Source of the DNA: Selaginella moellendorffii
Lineage: Eukaryota > Plantae > Lycopodiophyta
NCBI RefSeq assembly: GCF_000143415.4
Contig: NW_003314307.1
Span: 816,859 to 880,858 of the forward strand
Length of the DNA stretch: 64,000 nt
Direction: 5' to 3'
The position numbers were made by a program, and so were the translations under genes. The notes under the pieces are model-generated. The model had not been told where the DNA came from. It ran no database searches and worked only from the letters and a program-made list of their open reading frames with translations. Positions 50,420-63,875 of this stretch are shown here, piece after piece (positions within the stretch are counted from its first letter, which is position 1; each line of letters opens with the position of its first letter).

Positions 50420-50600
50420 TTCCCAAGTTGCACTTGTATATGCTTCTTGCAATGTTATACTTTTGGTAGGTCTTTAATCCCTTACAAACATATGTATTTT
50501 ATATATTTAATGCTTTTTGGGATGAATTCAAATGTTAAAATGTTAATATGAGGAGTTCATAATATTAAGAAACAATTAGATATTAGTATTGTATTTGAAT
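50420..50600 (+). pseudogene. SWIM zinc-finger 3' end of the MULE-like ORF
   Basis: FPSCTCICFLQCYTFGRSLIPYKHMYFIYLMLFGM. Confidence 0.72.
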
Positions 50601-52188
50601 TTAAAAAAATTATTATAAAATATTAATTATAAGTTACACATAACATAACAAAGGGCATTTCTTAAAGTTACACTCAAATGGATTTTACAGTAATAATTAA
50701 ATATTTAATAATAATAAATATTAAAACTTAAAATAATACTTTCTTCTGTAAATTAGGTTACAAGGCAAAACCTCTATTAATTAGGAAATATTGCCACTCA
50801 TATTTAAATATTATTTAAATTACTAGTTTGTTTAAAATACCTCCTTAATAAAAATATTGCCATAAGAAAATATTCTTTAGTGTACCAGAATATTTTAAAA
50901 TTTTATTCTTAATGACTCTTTTTGTTGACCTGGATCTCTCTATTAGCAAATTGTACATCACCTAGTAAACTTTTAATAATTAGTTTCTTTGAATTGATCA
51001 AGTGTGCCCAATATCTCTTTTTTTTTGTTCAGGGGCTATGAGACACCAAAAGCAAATGTGCTTAAACTTTAAAAGAATGTGAAGGTAACATTTCCAATTT
51101 TGAAATTTTGTAAGAAAGAAAATTTACTCATTTTAAAATACTTTTAGCTATACAATTATGTAGCTAAATATGTTTACTAGCAAACCAAAATACCAAATAA
51201 TATTTGTGTTACTAATAATTAAAATAATAATACATAATATTTACCAGGAGGAGGAGGAACAAGGCTAGTGTTTTTCAAGTAAAGAAATTGGCAAAACCAA
51301 CACAATATAAATCAAATTGGTATGATTTAGAACAACTTTGCAAGGAGTTCCTCTTGTACACATCAAGCAGCCCATCCTATGGATTCCACACACATCTCTT
51401 TTGAGCATATGCTCCACAAATCCCTCGGCCTTAAACCTGGATATCAATCCCAAATATCCAAAGCTTTTCTTTTCACCATTCTAGTACTCATCGATGAGGT
51501 TTGGAAGGACCAGCAAGCTTTTGTAGCCAAGCAGCTGCATGGAAATGGTACGTACATACTCAAGGTCATGAAATCTCATTTTGGCGACATCCTATGAGGT
51601 GCGATACCAGCATCTCCAAATATGTTCGATTGTTGGATCGTTCTAGGCGTTTTGACCAATTTTACTCTGGACAACCTGTGGATTAATATCAATATGGAGC
51701 TATGTTGCACCGTGAGAATATTAAAACAGCAATGGATAGATATTTATCTTGTGTTCCTTTTTCCCATTTTTTTGCAAAAGGAAGTAGTTTGTGCACACTG
51801 ATGGCTTGTGTCTCCATGAGTTCCATGACTCGCATTCAATGAGTGTCAAGTTTCCAAAGGTTTGACAAGTGAGTAACAAAATTTCATTCACTACATTAAC
51901 ATTAAGCCTAAAAAGGAGTTGCTATCAAATTAAAATTGTTTTTTCTGTACCTAAAGCATTTCGTGATTGTGAGATTAAATTGCTGTTCACATCTAGGTTT
52001 GGGCTCTTTGGCATGCTCAAGCCCGATGGCACCCTTTCTGACAATCCACAGCGTCACCAGCTCTCGAGTCCACTCGTTTTTTTTTTCACAAAGCCAAAAG
52101 TACCGCTTTATTTTTTCTAAGTCAAGGGTTAGGTTATAATCTTTCTCACTTGGATTTTTCTATTGTCAAAGCTCTCGTCAGGTAAGCT

Positions 52189-52929
52189 ATGGTCTCTCGC
52201 GCTCACGCCGCCCCAATGCTTGCCCGCCGAGCTCAAGCGCCCTGGCATGGCGGCCATCACCGAGCTTCACACCTGCGAGCTCCAGCACATCCAGCACACC
52301 ACTATGGACACCAAGGCCACNNNNNNNNNNNNNNNNNNNNNNNNNNNNNNNNNNNNNNNNNNNNNNNNNNNNNNNNNNNNNNNNNNNNNNNNNNNNNNNN
52401 NNNNNNNNNNNNNNNNNNNNNNNNNNNNNNNNNNNNNNNNNNNNNNNNNNNNNNNNNNNNNNNNNNNNNNNNNNNNNNNNNNNNNNNNNNNNNNNNNNNN
52501 NNNNNNNATGGAGCTCCTCTGGTTGTTCACCACCATCACCATGGTCACCACCATGGAGGACGCCACAACCACCACCACCACCACCACCATCGTCGCGATG
52601 GTCACGACGCAGCAGTGGCCACACCAACACCCACAGCAGTAGTTACAGTGGTTCGGAGGACGCCGTGGTCGCTGCTCCAGCTTCTTCTCTGGGTTTTGGT
52701 TGCGATCTTGGTGCTGCTCGCGTGCTTTTTGCTCGTGCGATGGATGTTATCTCGAAGGAAGCAGCGCAGTAATGTGATCTTTCAGGATCCCGGGTGGCAG
52801 ATCGAAGTTGTGGTGGACGATCCTCCGACCGAGAAGAAACAGCTGGAAGCTCACACTCGTGGTTCGCACAGCAATGGCACTCTAGGATTCTCCTCAAAGT
52901 GTCCTGCAAACACTGGCAGTGACGCGTAA
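52189..52929 (+). CDS. His-rich membrane protein, copy 5 (N gap 52321-52507 inside)
   Basis: ATG, TM helix, tail and stop all conserved; in-frame 12-nt deletion near the N-terminus. Confidence 0.55.
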   Translation: MVSRAHAAPMLARRAQAPWHGGHHRASHLRAPAHPAHHYGHQGHXXXXXXXXXXXXXXXXXXXXXXXXXXXXXXXXXXXXXXXXXXXXXXXXXXXXXXXXXXXXXXXGAPLVVHHHHHGHHHGGRHNHHHHHHHRRDGHDAAVATPTPTAVVTVVRRTPWSLLQLLLWVLVAILVLLACFLLVRWMLSRRKQRSNVIFQDPGWQIEVVVDDPPTEKKQLEAHTRGSHSNGTLGFSSKCPANTGSDA

Positions 52930-53143
52930 CTCAGCACAGTGCATGCGTTGTCACATGGAAGATTGTGTACAAACAATCTTCAAGGAGATGAAGTTGCAGA
53001 GCAAGAAGACAGCAGGCTCTTGCTCACGGACAGTGAAGATCACATACAAGGGTCAACTACCAGACTTGGAAGTTATTGCACAGCTGGCTCGGAACATGGA
53101 CTGGAAAATAGAGCAAGAACCTACCAAGTTTCGATTTGACTGA
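52919..53143 (+). other. HMA-like fragment paralog
   Basis: CMRCHMEDCVQTIFKEM...DWKIEQEPTKFRFD*. Confidence 0.4.
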
Positions 53144-54019
53144 GCTATCCTCTAGAGTGACGGGGGAGCAGACGTTAGTGCACCTCCAAAGGCCGGAGAA
53201 GTTGCTTGAGACGAAAGGTTTGAGAAAAGGTAACGTACTACTTTTGCTCTCTGTTCTTGCAGGCGCTCAAAGCTCAACTTTGATGAGAAGACGCAGTGCA
53301 GGGCATAGCAGCCAGATAAGTTTCTCCAGAGTCAAGCCGGGAATCAAGCAAGTGCATTTGTGAAAGTATGGTCGAAGTCTACACTGCGGCTTGCAACACA
53401 GGTTGTTCAACAGGATGGGACGAAGAAGATGAGAGACAATACTTATCTCTTCAGTAGTATGAGTATTTTAATTGATCAATGGTTATAAACATATTTATAA
53501 TTTATAAGTCAAGATTAATATTATTCCATATCAATAGTAGAAAAAACAAGAATATACTAGAAAGTGTTTAGGAAAGAATATAATAAAAAGATTAATCTAA
53601 ATGAACAACAACTATTAGCTATTAAAATATCCTAGAATCTCCAAGCATATTTAAATATAGTCAATACTGCTACAGGTTTGCTTAAGAAAACCAATTATAG
53701 ATTTATAGTGTTTAAATCTGTACAAGCCTATTCACAAATGTATTTACATTAGTATATAGAACTTTTTTCATTAGTGTATATGGGACTTAATTTTCTCCAA
53801 GATTTTATTGTAGATTAGATTTTATATTCTTGTTTAATAAAAATATTACAACTAAAACCTCAATAAAATATTCTTTAGTGTATAAAAATATTTTTGTGAA
53901 CTCCTTTATTTAAGTTCTCTTTATTAGAAAATCCTTTTATATAGAGCATAATCCTTGATGGTAATAGTTATTTAAGAGAAATGCTATTTTAAGTTCTTTT
54001 TTGAACAACGTATATCATG

Positions 54020-55320
54020 TTGGAATAAAATTTTCAACACCACAAATGCTTTACAGTTTCATGAGTAATGAAGCATGAAAAAATTGTGGAGGCATTAGAA
54101 TTATATGTAATGGTTCAAAAAATAAAATTTTAATTATCTGAAAGTGGAGTGGCCTTCTCTATCAAGAGTAGAGTTACATGAACATATAAGCATATGCATT
54201 TGAGGTGAATACCATGATAAGCACAATTGATTGTGCTAGAGTTTAAAAAGTACAAACACTTTAGAAAATTAAACAAGTAATACAAGTTTATACATTTTAG
54301 TGGGTTGAAGGTAATGTTTATAGAGAATACAAGTTTAGAATTATAGACTCAGCTAACATGGTGGTTTAGCTGTTTTCTACATTTAAAGGCTTTAATTATT
54401 TCTCAGATAAAGAACTACCAGCATTGATTTCTTTATTAATTCTCTTTTTTTATTAAATGAGTTTTAAAATACTTGCTACCCACTATTGAAAACAATTTGC
54501 TCTAAATGCATATTTTAATATAAAACTTTCTTGGTCACCTCTATCTTACAATAGACCTTTATGCACTCTTATATAAAAGGCTAAATTATAATAAAATACA
54601 TATACTTTTAAAGATTTGTTGGAATGTTTATTTACTATAACATTGACACAACCTCTTAGTCACAACCTCACAAAGTGATGGGATCAACTTTAAATGCTAT
54701 TGGAATTTAATTTACAATGAAACCAATTAAGAACCTTAAAACTCTCAAACGAAAACAATAAGCCCAAGCAATTGAGAAATTTGTACCATCCCAAACATGA
54801 GTATGTAACTATAGAACATAGAGGACCAATACTTTTGAGCAATTAAAAGCTTAGCTACTTTTAAGTCAAAGAATAAAATATTCATAAGATTTAGTGAGCT
54901 ATATGTCAACCTAGAGCAAGTTCTACAGTCAAATATTTTGTTTGGATTGGAGGAATATTATGTGGTAAGCAAATTATTATATGAACTTTACGCATTCTAG
55001 CTGATTGTTTTTGTAGATGAAAACAATATGGCAATCCTCCAGAACAATGTGATCAATTCATATGGCTATGCCCTACGAAAGTTCTGCACACATGGTCAAT
55101 TATTCAAAAACCAAAAGATATACCATATATTTGGTTATTTGGGTGAAATTGATGAATTTGGAGCTTTATGCTTTTGTTGAAACAAGCTTTAAATTTGAAA
55201 TGAACACTTTACAACTATAATAACAATCTCACTTTTCTCAAGAAATTAATGTTCCTTAACATTAAAAATGTATGGTCAGAGGAATCAAAGACATTGGAAA
55301 AGAACTAGTTATTAGTATTG
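54020..55320 (+). pseudogene. Decayed MULE-like transposase, subtype B (inverted arm)
   Basis: LYSFMSNEA*KNCGGIRIICNG, EYHDKHN*LC, ICQPRASSTVKYFVWIGGILCGKQ, QFIWLCP, QKPKDIPYIWL. Confidence 0.65.
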
Positions 55321-55462
55321 TAATTTAATTTGATATATTTATTAAAAAAAATTAATATAAAATTTAGGATTTTATAGTAATAATTATATATTTAGTAATA
55401 CTAAATATAGTGAATTTATTATTTAAATTAGGTCAGAAATAAAAACCTCTAAAATTTTAGAT

Positions 55463-58400
55463 TGTGAGTGTATGGAATATAGAAAGAGAATACAAAAAAT
55501 ATGCATTAGCCCAAAAAACCTGTTTATATATAGGAACAAGTGGTCTGGATTGAAACTAATCCGATGGCTACTAAAATCCCACTACACTAATATTAATATA
55601 CAGCATCATAGCCGTACACTTGGACTTAGACCTCACATCATCCCTCCTCTCGGAATAATGGAAGACCATTAGGGTTCTTTTGTAGATGGGCTGGGATCTA
55701 AAGGAATGTCAAGAGGAGGCATTGGCAGATCTGTAGGTGGTATTAATTGTTTCTGATCTTTTTATATGAAGCGTTTTAACCGTTGCATATACACAATTTT
55801 TGGAAGATTTGCCTATTGGATGTCATGCCAAACCTCATAAACTTGTGGTCCAACTTGCCGCAACACTCAATATGGTCTTTTCCACTGAGCAAGGACCCCT
55901 TTAGATAAACCACATATTGTAAGATGGGGAAAATGGACTAACACTATGTCATTCACTTTGTACTCCGCATGCGGATGATGATAGGACTTATAGCATTATT
56001 GTTATCCCACTTGTATACGGCCTAAGTGTTTGGCAGACTTTACTCGAACAAGTGGAAGAATGCTCGTCAAATACTAATCCCACAACCTAGCATTAGTAGC
56101 TCGTGACAATTGCAAAGGTAAACCCAACTCTGTTGGTAACATTAGATCATGACCACATAAAAGTTTATATGATGAAGTAACAATAGAACTCTACACCCCT
56201 GTGACATATGCATACCAAAGAAAAGGTAAATAACCATCCCAATTCGAATGTTGAAAGTTCACGTACTTTGCAATCATCCCTTTAAACATCCAAACGAGCC
56301 GTTCCACCAAACCGTCTAATTATGGATAATAAGCATTCGTGAAAGTGTGGCGTATCCCAAACTAAGATGTTAAAACATGAAATGCCTCAGATATAAATAC
56401 GGGACCATTATCCGAAAGAATCTGCTCTGGACAAGAATGCTAAAACACCACTCAATTGAGGAGGAAATATTCAATAGCAGTTGCAAAGGCGCTAGCAAGA
56501 GCACCAACTTCCACCTAATGAGTCAAGTAGTCAAAAGCAATAATAACATACTCATTATCAATAATTGATTGTAGAAAAGATCTTATAAAATCAAACGCCA
56601 CCAACTTAAACAAACGAGAAACTGCAATTGACTCCAATTGTCTTTCCAAGGCACGAGGGAGAGTATTATGGGCTTGGCACCAAATGTAGCTACACACATA
56701 CCAGATAATGTTATGTTGCATCTTCGGCTAATAGAAAGACTTGTGCAACTTTTCAATCACACAACGATATCCCATATGCTTGTCTAAAACAGGAGAATCA
56801 TGGTAGGCATGGGGAAACTATAAAATAAAGACAGAAGGCACCACCAGCCGTAAAGGATTATTAGGATTTGTCCCCACAAAATAAAGAAGGCCATCTTCAA
56901 GGCAACATTGAGAATGTAAATGCCAGAATGGCAAGTTATCAACAAGTGATGCAAGATTCTCAAACCCATGTTAAAGCATTTGAATCCACAGCTCAATCTT
57001 TTGAGCCTTACGAACCTCATCAAGAGAAGGTAAATCTTGTTCTACACCTTGTGGATATTGAATGTCAAGTACAGCAACTGCTGACGGCACAAAATCCTCG
57101 TCTATAAAATTCACAAATGTTGGAATAACAGGCTTGTTAGAAACATGAGAAGAAAGAGAAGAAGGAAGAAGAGCTCAAGAAAGGGCATCAGCATTAGCCA
57201 TAGAATTCCCTAAGTGATGAACAACATCAAAATCAAATATCTGAAGCTTCAAAGCCCACCAAGCAGTATGATCAACCAGGTTCTTCCGCTTCAATAATGA
57301 AGTAACGGCAGCATGATCACCTTCAAGTAACATCCGAGAACTACATAAATATGCATGAAGTTTCTTGAAACCCTACACTGCTGCTAAACACTCTTTCTCT
57401 ATCATGGAGTAGTTCATCTTTGTTAGTTGTAATGTACGGCTTATATATACAATGGGATGGCACTGACCAAGCACACTTAAGTTCTTTTGTATCAACACAC
57501 TTCTAAGACCAATATCAAAAACATCCATGCGCAAAATAAAAGGTCAAGTGTAGTCAGGATATGCCAAAACTAGAGGAGTTGTCAATATCTCTTTGAAATC
57601 CACATACGCTTGCTCACAATCCGAAGACTAGATGAAAGATGACATTGATGACTTCAACAACACTCGCAATGGTGTAGTGCGATAAAAAAAATGATCCACA
57701 AAATGACCGAGATACTACACCTTGCCCAGGAAGCGCTGCATCATTCACACACTTTGGAGTAGGGAACTTTAGGATAGCCACAAGTTTTTCATGATCAACT
57801 TGCAAACCCTCACGAGAAATATGGTACCCAAGATAAGTCGTGTCTTTGGACCCAAACACACATTTCGACTGCTTCAGCTTTAAACCAACATCCCATAGTT
57901 GATCCAACACTTTACAAACATCATAAATGTGCTCCTCCCACGTCCCCTCCGAGTGGATCAAGACATCATCAATGAAGTCAGTAATTATCTCCAACATATC
58001 GCAAAGAACCTGATCATCCATCATCCACTAAAAAGTTGCAAGAGCATTGTTCAAACCAAACGGCATCACCAAGAACTCGTACAAATCAAATAGTGTACAA
58101 AAAGTAGTTTTAGGAATATTTTCTTCGGCCATTAGTACTTGCTAATAACTAAAAGTATGATCTAGCTTGGTGAACCAATAACTTCGCCCCAGACAATCCA
58201 AAAGATCAGCCATGGGGGGGACAAAAGAAATGGAAACAAAGGTAGAAGTAGAGGGACAAAGAGTACAGAAGTGAGAGGAATTGATAAAATATAAAGAAAT
58301 ATGAGATAAGGGGAAAAAGCCTCAAAGTCACACTTGGCATGATTGCGTTGCAATCAATCTATACCAAGGATGAAGTCAAAAGCTTGATTTGGCACCACCT

Positions 58401-60056
58401 GCAATGATTGCAACCCATGCTTGAGATCACCCACATGCATAACTAGGTCCACCTCATCCCGTGCACATGCATATGTATGGCCGTTGCTATAAACAATGAA
58501 AATTGGCTCCACTACATGACGCAAGTGTAAATGGTAACATGTGGCAATAGGTCAAGCAATAGAAGATAAACTTGAACCTATATCAACCAACATAGAGAGA
58601 ATAATAGGAGATTGCTTGTTATAAAAATAAGTTTGGAAAGTAAACACTGGATGAATTGGTGCTGAATGAACCTTTTGATGATACTTCCGAAAGAAATATG
58701 AAAGGGTCACTAACTTATTCATGTAAGGTCCCTCTATTACTTGTGTAACTCCTTGTTTCCCAAATGCATCTCAGTGTCCAAACCTTCTATTACAGCAGCA
58801 CCAATAAGATGTTGTTGATGCCAAGGTGTCCACTCAGGAAATGGTGGCCACCAATTTGGAAAACACCGACAACGCTGATAAGTGTGACCAACTTCATCAC
58901 ACGCCCAACAACAAATACTACGGCCTCGCCCTTGTCCTTGGATTTGAACAGTAGCAGCATCAACTTCCATTGGAACAAGACCATCACCCATAGAAAGTGA
59001 AGCTGAAGGATGTGACGCGAGAAGTGGAAGAGGCGACGTTTTATAATGTTGTGCCAAGCGAAGAGCATTATCAAGGGTGGCGGGAGCAAGTGTATGCATA
59101 AGTCTGACAAAATCTTGATGAAGTGCTGGCTACAATATTCCTAGCTTGATCCGCTTCAACATATTTGGCTCCGCACGAAGTAAGAGGCTTCGGAAACGAA
59201 TGTTAAATTGCATCACCAACTTAGATGGCCCTTGACAAAGACGATGCAATTGTTGGAAAGCATCATCACAATTGTCAGCATGTTCGAATGTGTGTTTAAA
59301 GACGTTCAAGAGAATATTCCAATCCCCACAAGTGGCTGCGTTTAAACCATTATGCCACTACAATGCCATCCCTTAGAGACATGTGGAAAACTCATGCAAA
59401 CATCAAGCATCATCCCAAGAATGATATATGGCAATCACCGTGAAGTGATCGAACCAATGGTACACATCATCCCCAAGATTCCCGCAAAAAAACTCCGGCT
59501 GAATACAAGGATCAGCACTAAAAACAAAAGGAGTTGTACTACATGCCATGAATGCCGCCATCAACTGAGTTTGGTTGTTCAATTGCAATCGCATAACATC
59601 AAACAATTGTACCAACTACTATTCCAGAGTTAAAAGAGGAGGAGATTGCTAATCTACCATGAAAATGAACGAAAAGGAAAAAGCAAAAAAAGAGAGATGA
59701 AAAAAGGCTAGAAAGAAAGGAAGATCTAGACAATGCAAAAAGCTAGATCTTGAAAGGAAAGAATAAAAGAAAGGAAATGAAAAAGTTAGATCTAGATGAT
59801 GCAAAAGTTATATCTAAACCAAAAATCCCAAATTTAAACACTCCTCAAGGACAATCAAAGATGCCCCTCATCTCCACCAATGTGAGTGCATTAAATATAA
59901 AAAGGGAATACAGAAAATGTGCATATTAATTAACCCAAAAACCCTAGTTTATATACAAGAGCAAGTGGTCTGGATTGAAACTAATCTAACAGCTACCAAA
60001 ATCCCACTATGCTAATATTAATATACGGCATTGTAGCCGTACACTTGGACCTCACA
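55463..60056 (-). mobile_element. Ty3/gypsy defective copy 3
   Basis: 5' LTR 59881-60056; PBS 59860-59879; gag with intact CWACDEVGHTYQRC knuckle; RT FIDDVLIHS; RNase H; integrase; PPT ~55638-55651; 3' LTR 55463-55637; TSD AGAT at 55459-55462 and 60057-60060. Confidence 0.95.
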
Positions 60057-60950
60057 AGATCTAGATATTATTTAAATTACTATTTTGTTTAAAATACATG
60101 TTTGACACTAAAACATTAATAAAATATTCTTTAGTGTACCAAAATATTTTTAAAATATTCTTAATGACTCCTTTTGTTGACTTGGCTCTGTTTATTACCA
60201 GATCCACTTGAAAGTACATTAAGTTGTACATTCTTGAGGTCAATAGGAAGGCATTGATTTCCTTGTTACAACTTACAAGTTCTAAAGGCATTAGTTTGGT
60301 TTTTAAACAAGATCCAGGTAGGCAACATGCTTAGAATACAAGAAATGGAGAGAGGCCACCTTGAAACAAAATCCATCACCTAGTAAGCTTTTAATAATTA
60401 GTTTTTTTGAATTGATCAAGTATGCCCAATATCTCTATTTGTTTGTTCAGAGGCTATGAGAGACCAAAAGCAAATGCATTTAAACTTTGAAAGAATGTAA
60501 AGGTAACGTTTCCAATTTTGAAATTTTGTAAGAAAAAAAAGTTACTCATTTTAAAAGACTTTTAGCTATACAATTATGTAGCTAAATATGTTTACTAGCA
60601 AACTAAAATACCAAATAATATTAGTGTTTATACAATTTGATTGCTACTGAAGATCATATAATTGATTTACATTCTGTTGGTTTTACCAATTTCTTTACTC
60701 ATCCTCTTGAATAACACTCTCTTTTCGTCCTCCCTTGTGAATACTATTACTATTATATAAGCATTAGTAACATTCTTCATGGTTGCCTGCAGATGCAGAT
60801 GCTTGCCTATAGAAACTTGCTGGAGATGGTGGTCTTTCCAAAGCTCATCACTCAAAAGGCTCTTGAAATGCAACAAAAGATGCCAGAATCTCCAAGGATG
60901 AGTAATAGAATGGTGAAGAGAAAAGATTAGCATTTTTGTTTCTTTGCTAA

Positions 60951-61023
60951 GGGGATGTAGCTCAGATGGTAGAGCGCTCGCTTAGCATGTGAGAGGCACC
61001 GGGATCGATACCCAGCATCTCCA
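60951..61023 (+). tRNA. tRNA-Ala(AGC), best-preserved copy
   Basis: GGGGATGTAGCTCAGATGGTAGAGCGCTCGCTTAGCATGTGAGAGGCACCGGGATCGATACCCAGCATCTCCA; cloverleaf with G3:U70, AGC anticodon, one T-stem C.A mismatch; TTTT at 61037-61040. Confidence 0.85.
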
Positions 61024-61613
61024 AATATGTTCAATTATTTGATCATTCCAGGCATTTTGAGCGATTTTACTGGTGTTGACCTTTGGGGGAGCTATGGATG
61101 GATGTTGCACCGTGAGACCATCAAAACAGCAATGGATAGACATTTATTTTGTTTTTCTTTTTCCCACTTTTTTGCAAAAGGAAGTAGTTTGTGCACGCTG
61201 ATGGCTTGTGTCTCCATGAGCTCCATGACTTGCATTCAATGAGTGCCAAGTTTTCAGAGGTTTGAAAAACACGTAAAAAAGTTTCATTCACTACTTTAGA
61301 ATTAAATTGCCATCAAATTAAAATTGTTTTCACTTTTGGAAATATTTGTACCTAGAGCATTTCGTGATTGTGAGATTAAATCGCTATTCACATCTAGGTT
61401 TGGGCTCTTTGGCATGCTCAAGCCCGATGGCACCCTTGCTGACAATCCACAGCGTCACCAGCTCTCGAGTCCACTCGTTTTTTTTTTCACAAAGCCAAAA
61501 GTACCTCTTTATTTTTTCTAAGTCAAGGGTTAGGTTATAATCTTTCTCGCTTGGATTTTTCTATTGTAGAAGCTCTCGTCAGGTAAGCTGGCTCTCGCGC
61601 TCACACCGCCCCA

Positions 61614-62309
61614 ATGCTTGTCCGCCGAGCTCAAGCGCCCTGGCATGGCGGCCATCACCGAGCTTCACACCCGCGAGCTCCAGCTCTAGCTCCAGCACAT
61701 CCAGCACACCACCATGGACACCAAGGCCACGAGCCAGCGCCAGCTTTAGCTCCAGTTCTTCAAGGTGATGCTCCAGATCGAGCCCCAGTGCCAGCTGCTT
61801 TCGTTCACCCTGCTCACGGCTACCCTGCTCATCTAGCTCCAGCGCCTGCTATCCTCGATCATGCTCGCCACCACCATCCAGCTCCAGCAGCAGCAGTGTA
61901 CCATCATCATCACGGTGATGGAGCTCCTCTGGTTGTTCACCACCATCACCATGGTCACCACCATGGTCACCACCATGGAGGACGCCACAACCACCACCAC
62001 CACCACCACCACCATCGTCACGACGGTCACAATGCAGCAGTGGCCACACCAACACCCGCAGCAGTAGTTACAGTGGTTCGGAGGACACCGTGGTCGCTGC
62101 TCCAGTTTCTTCTCTGGGTTTTGGTTGCGATCTTGGTGCTGCTCGCGTGCTTTTTGCTTGTGCGATGGATGTTATCTCGAAGGAAGCAGCGCAGTAATGT
62201 GATCTTTCAGGATCCCGGGTGGCAGATCGAAGTTGTGGTGGACGATCCTCCGACTGAGAAGAAACAGCTGGAAGCTCACACTCGTGGTTCGCACAGCATG
62301 GCACTCTAG
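61614..62309 (+). CDS. His-rich membrane protein, copy 6 (first ATG lost; late 1-nt deletion shortens the tail; 231 aa)
   Basis: Open from the second Met through the His tracts and TM helix. Confidence 0.5.
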   Translation: MLVRRAQAPWHGGHHRASHPRAPALAPAHPAHHHGHQGHEPAPALAPVLQGDAPDRAPVPAAFVHPAHGYPAHLAPAPAILDHARHHHPAPAAAVYHHHHGDGAPLVVHHHHHGHHHGHHHGGRHNHHHHHHHHRHDGHNAAVATPTPAAVVTVVRRTPWSLLQFLLWVLVAILVLLACFLLVRWMLSRRKQRSNVIFQDPGWQIEVVVDDPPTEKKQLEAHTRGSHSMAL

Positions 62310-62779
62310 GATTCTCCTCAAAGTGTCCTGCCAACACTGGCAGTGACGCGTAACTCAGCACAGTGCATGCGTTGTCACATGGAAGATTGTGTACAAACAA
62401 TCTTCAAGGAGATGAAGTTGCAGAGCAAGAAGACAGCAGGCTCTTGCTCACGGACAGTGAAGATCACATAACCAGACTTGGAAGTTATTGCACAGCTGGC
62501 TCAGAACATGGACTGGAAAATAGAGCAAGAACCTACCAAGTTTCGATTTGACTGAGCTATCCTCTAGAGTGACGGGGGAGCAGACGTCAGTGCACCTCCA
62601 AAGGCCAGAGAAGTTGCTTGAGACGAAAGGTTTGAGAAAAGGTAACGTAGTACTTTTGCTCTCTGTTCTTGCAGGCGCTCAAAGCTCAACTTCGATGAGA
62701 AGACGCAGTGCAGGGCATAGCAGCCAGATAAGTTTCTCCAGAGTTAAGCCGGGAATCAAGCAAGTGCACTTGTGAAAGT

Positions 62780-63360
62780 ATGGTCGAAGTCTACACTGCG
62801 GCTTGCAACACAGGTTGTTCAACAGGATGGGACGAAGAACAGGATAGGTTGGTTTTCCTCGCAAATTGTGAATACAAAGCCGATGCATTCGTCACAAGCA
62901 GCCTCGTGGACATGTGGAAGCATCAGAAGTGTTCAGGAGGACAAATAACATGACGTTGGCTGCCTGGAACACGATCATCATGGGACAGCACGTCTTCTAT
63001 CAGATGCAACGAGAAGCTGGCCTGCCTCCAAACGCTGAGACTTTGCATGGAGTAGCAAAACATCGTTTCCTGGGATACAACCTTTGCTCTTGAGTGCTAT
63101 GAGCAAGCCAGCAGCCAAACGCTCAGACTTTCATGGTGGCGCTCAAGGCACACAGCGACTTAGCAGAGAAGAGGCTCCACTCACAGATCTGGGAGCGAAA
63201 TCTGGATGGAATCCACTACTCAGCATGCTTGCTCAATGAGAGAAAAGCTTTTCTCGGGAGGTTGGTAAACTTTGCAAGGAATGCAAGGTTGATGGAGCCG
63301 TCCATGAAACCCAAACAAAGATGGTACCTGAAAAGACGCAAAAGGGTCTTAGCTGGCACA
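62780..63360 (+). pseudogene. PPR fragment (unit paralog, closest to 28760-29340)
   Basis: Shares the VNFARNARLMEPSMKP deletion variant with the post-Helitron copy. Confidence 0.7.
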
Positions 63361-63697
63361 CCATGGTGAAGGATAAAAAATATGAGAGACAATACTTAAT
63401 ATCATTCATTGAGTATTTTAATTGATCAATGGTTATAAACATATTTATAATTTATGAGTCAAGATTAATATTATTCCATATCAATAGTAGAATAAACAAG
63501 AATACACTAGAAAGTGTTTAGGAAAGATTATAAATTATAAATAAAAATATTAATCTATGCGTCATTGACACACTATGTGCGAGCGAGTTTGTTTTCAGCA
63601 TGCCTTTCAAGCCAGACTCGGTGGACCTGAGCTCGATTCATCAACTGTTGTAAGAGATCGAGTGGATCGATCTAAGAGTTTATCGAAGAGCTTTTAG

Positions 63698-63875
63698 TTA
63701 CCGGTTGATCCATTCATTGGCACGGCCACCCGACTCGTCCACGGCTTTGCCAATGCGTGGCCTCTCCTGTTTTCTCGAGGCTGGAGCGAATCACTGTGGC
63801 TCCCCAGCACTGGAGAGCGTTGGCCACATCGTCCAAGTGTAGGAGATATTCTTCCTCACTCAGTGGAAACGATCT
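63698..63875 (-). pseudogene. Last exon of a plant DUF3067-family gene, apparently damaged
   Basis: Acceptor TTTTTTCTTCCAG, then RSFPLSEEEYLLHLDDVANALQCWGA..IRSSLEKT; after a frameshift ERPRIGKAV-DESGGRANEWINR*. Family recognised from memory. Confidence 0.75.

Larger units (their letters stand above)
50416..63557. repeat. Inverted copy of the higher-order repeat (mirror of ~33300-45110 and 1-14555)
   Basis: All modules (A start, X flank, His ORF, HMA-like, B block, gypsy, tRNA flank, His ORF, PPR) appear in reverse order on the opposite strand. Confidence 0.92.

Noticed and set aside
60951-61162. tRNA-derived SINE (tRNA head, ~120-bp body, T-rich tail)
   Set aside because: All copies share the same flanks and show no TSD, so they spread with the segment; independent retroposition is not evidenced here.
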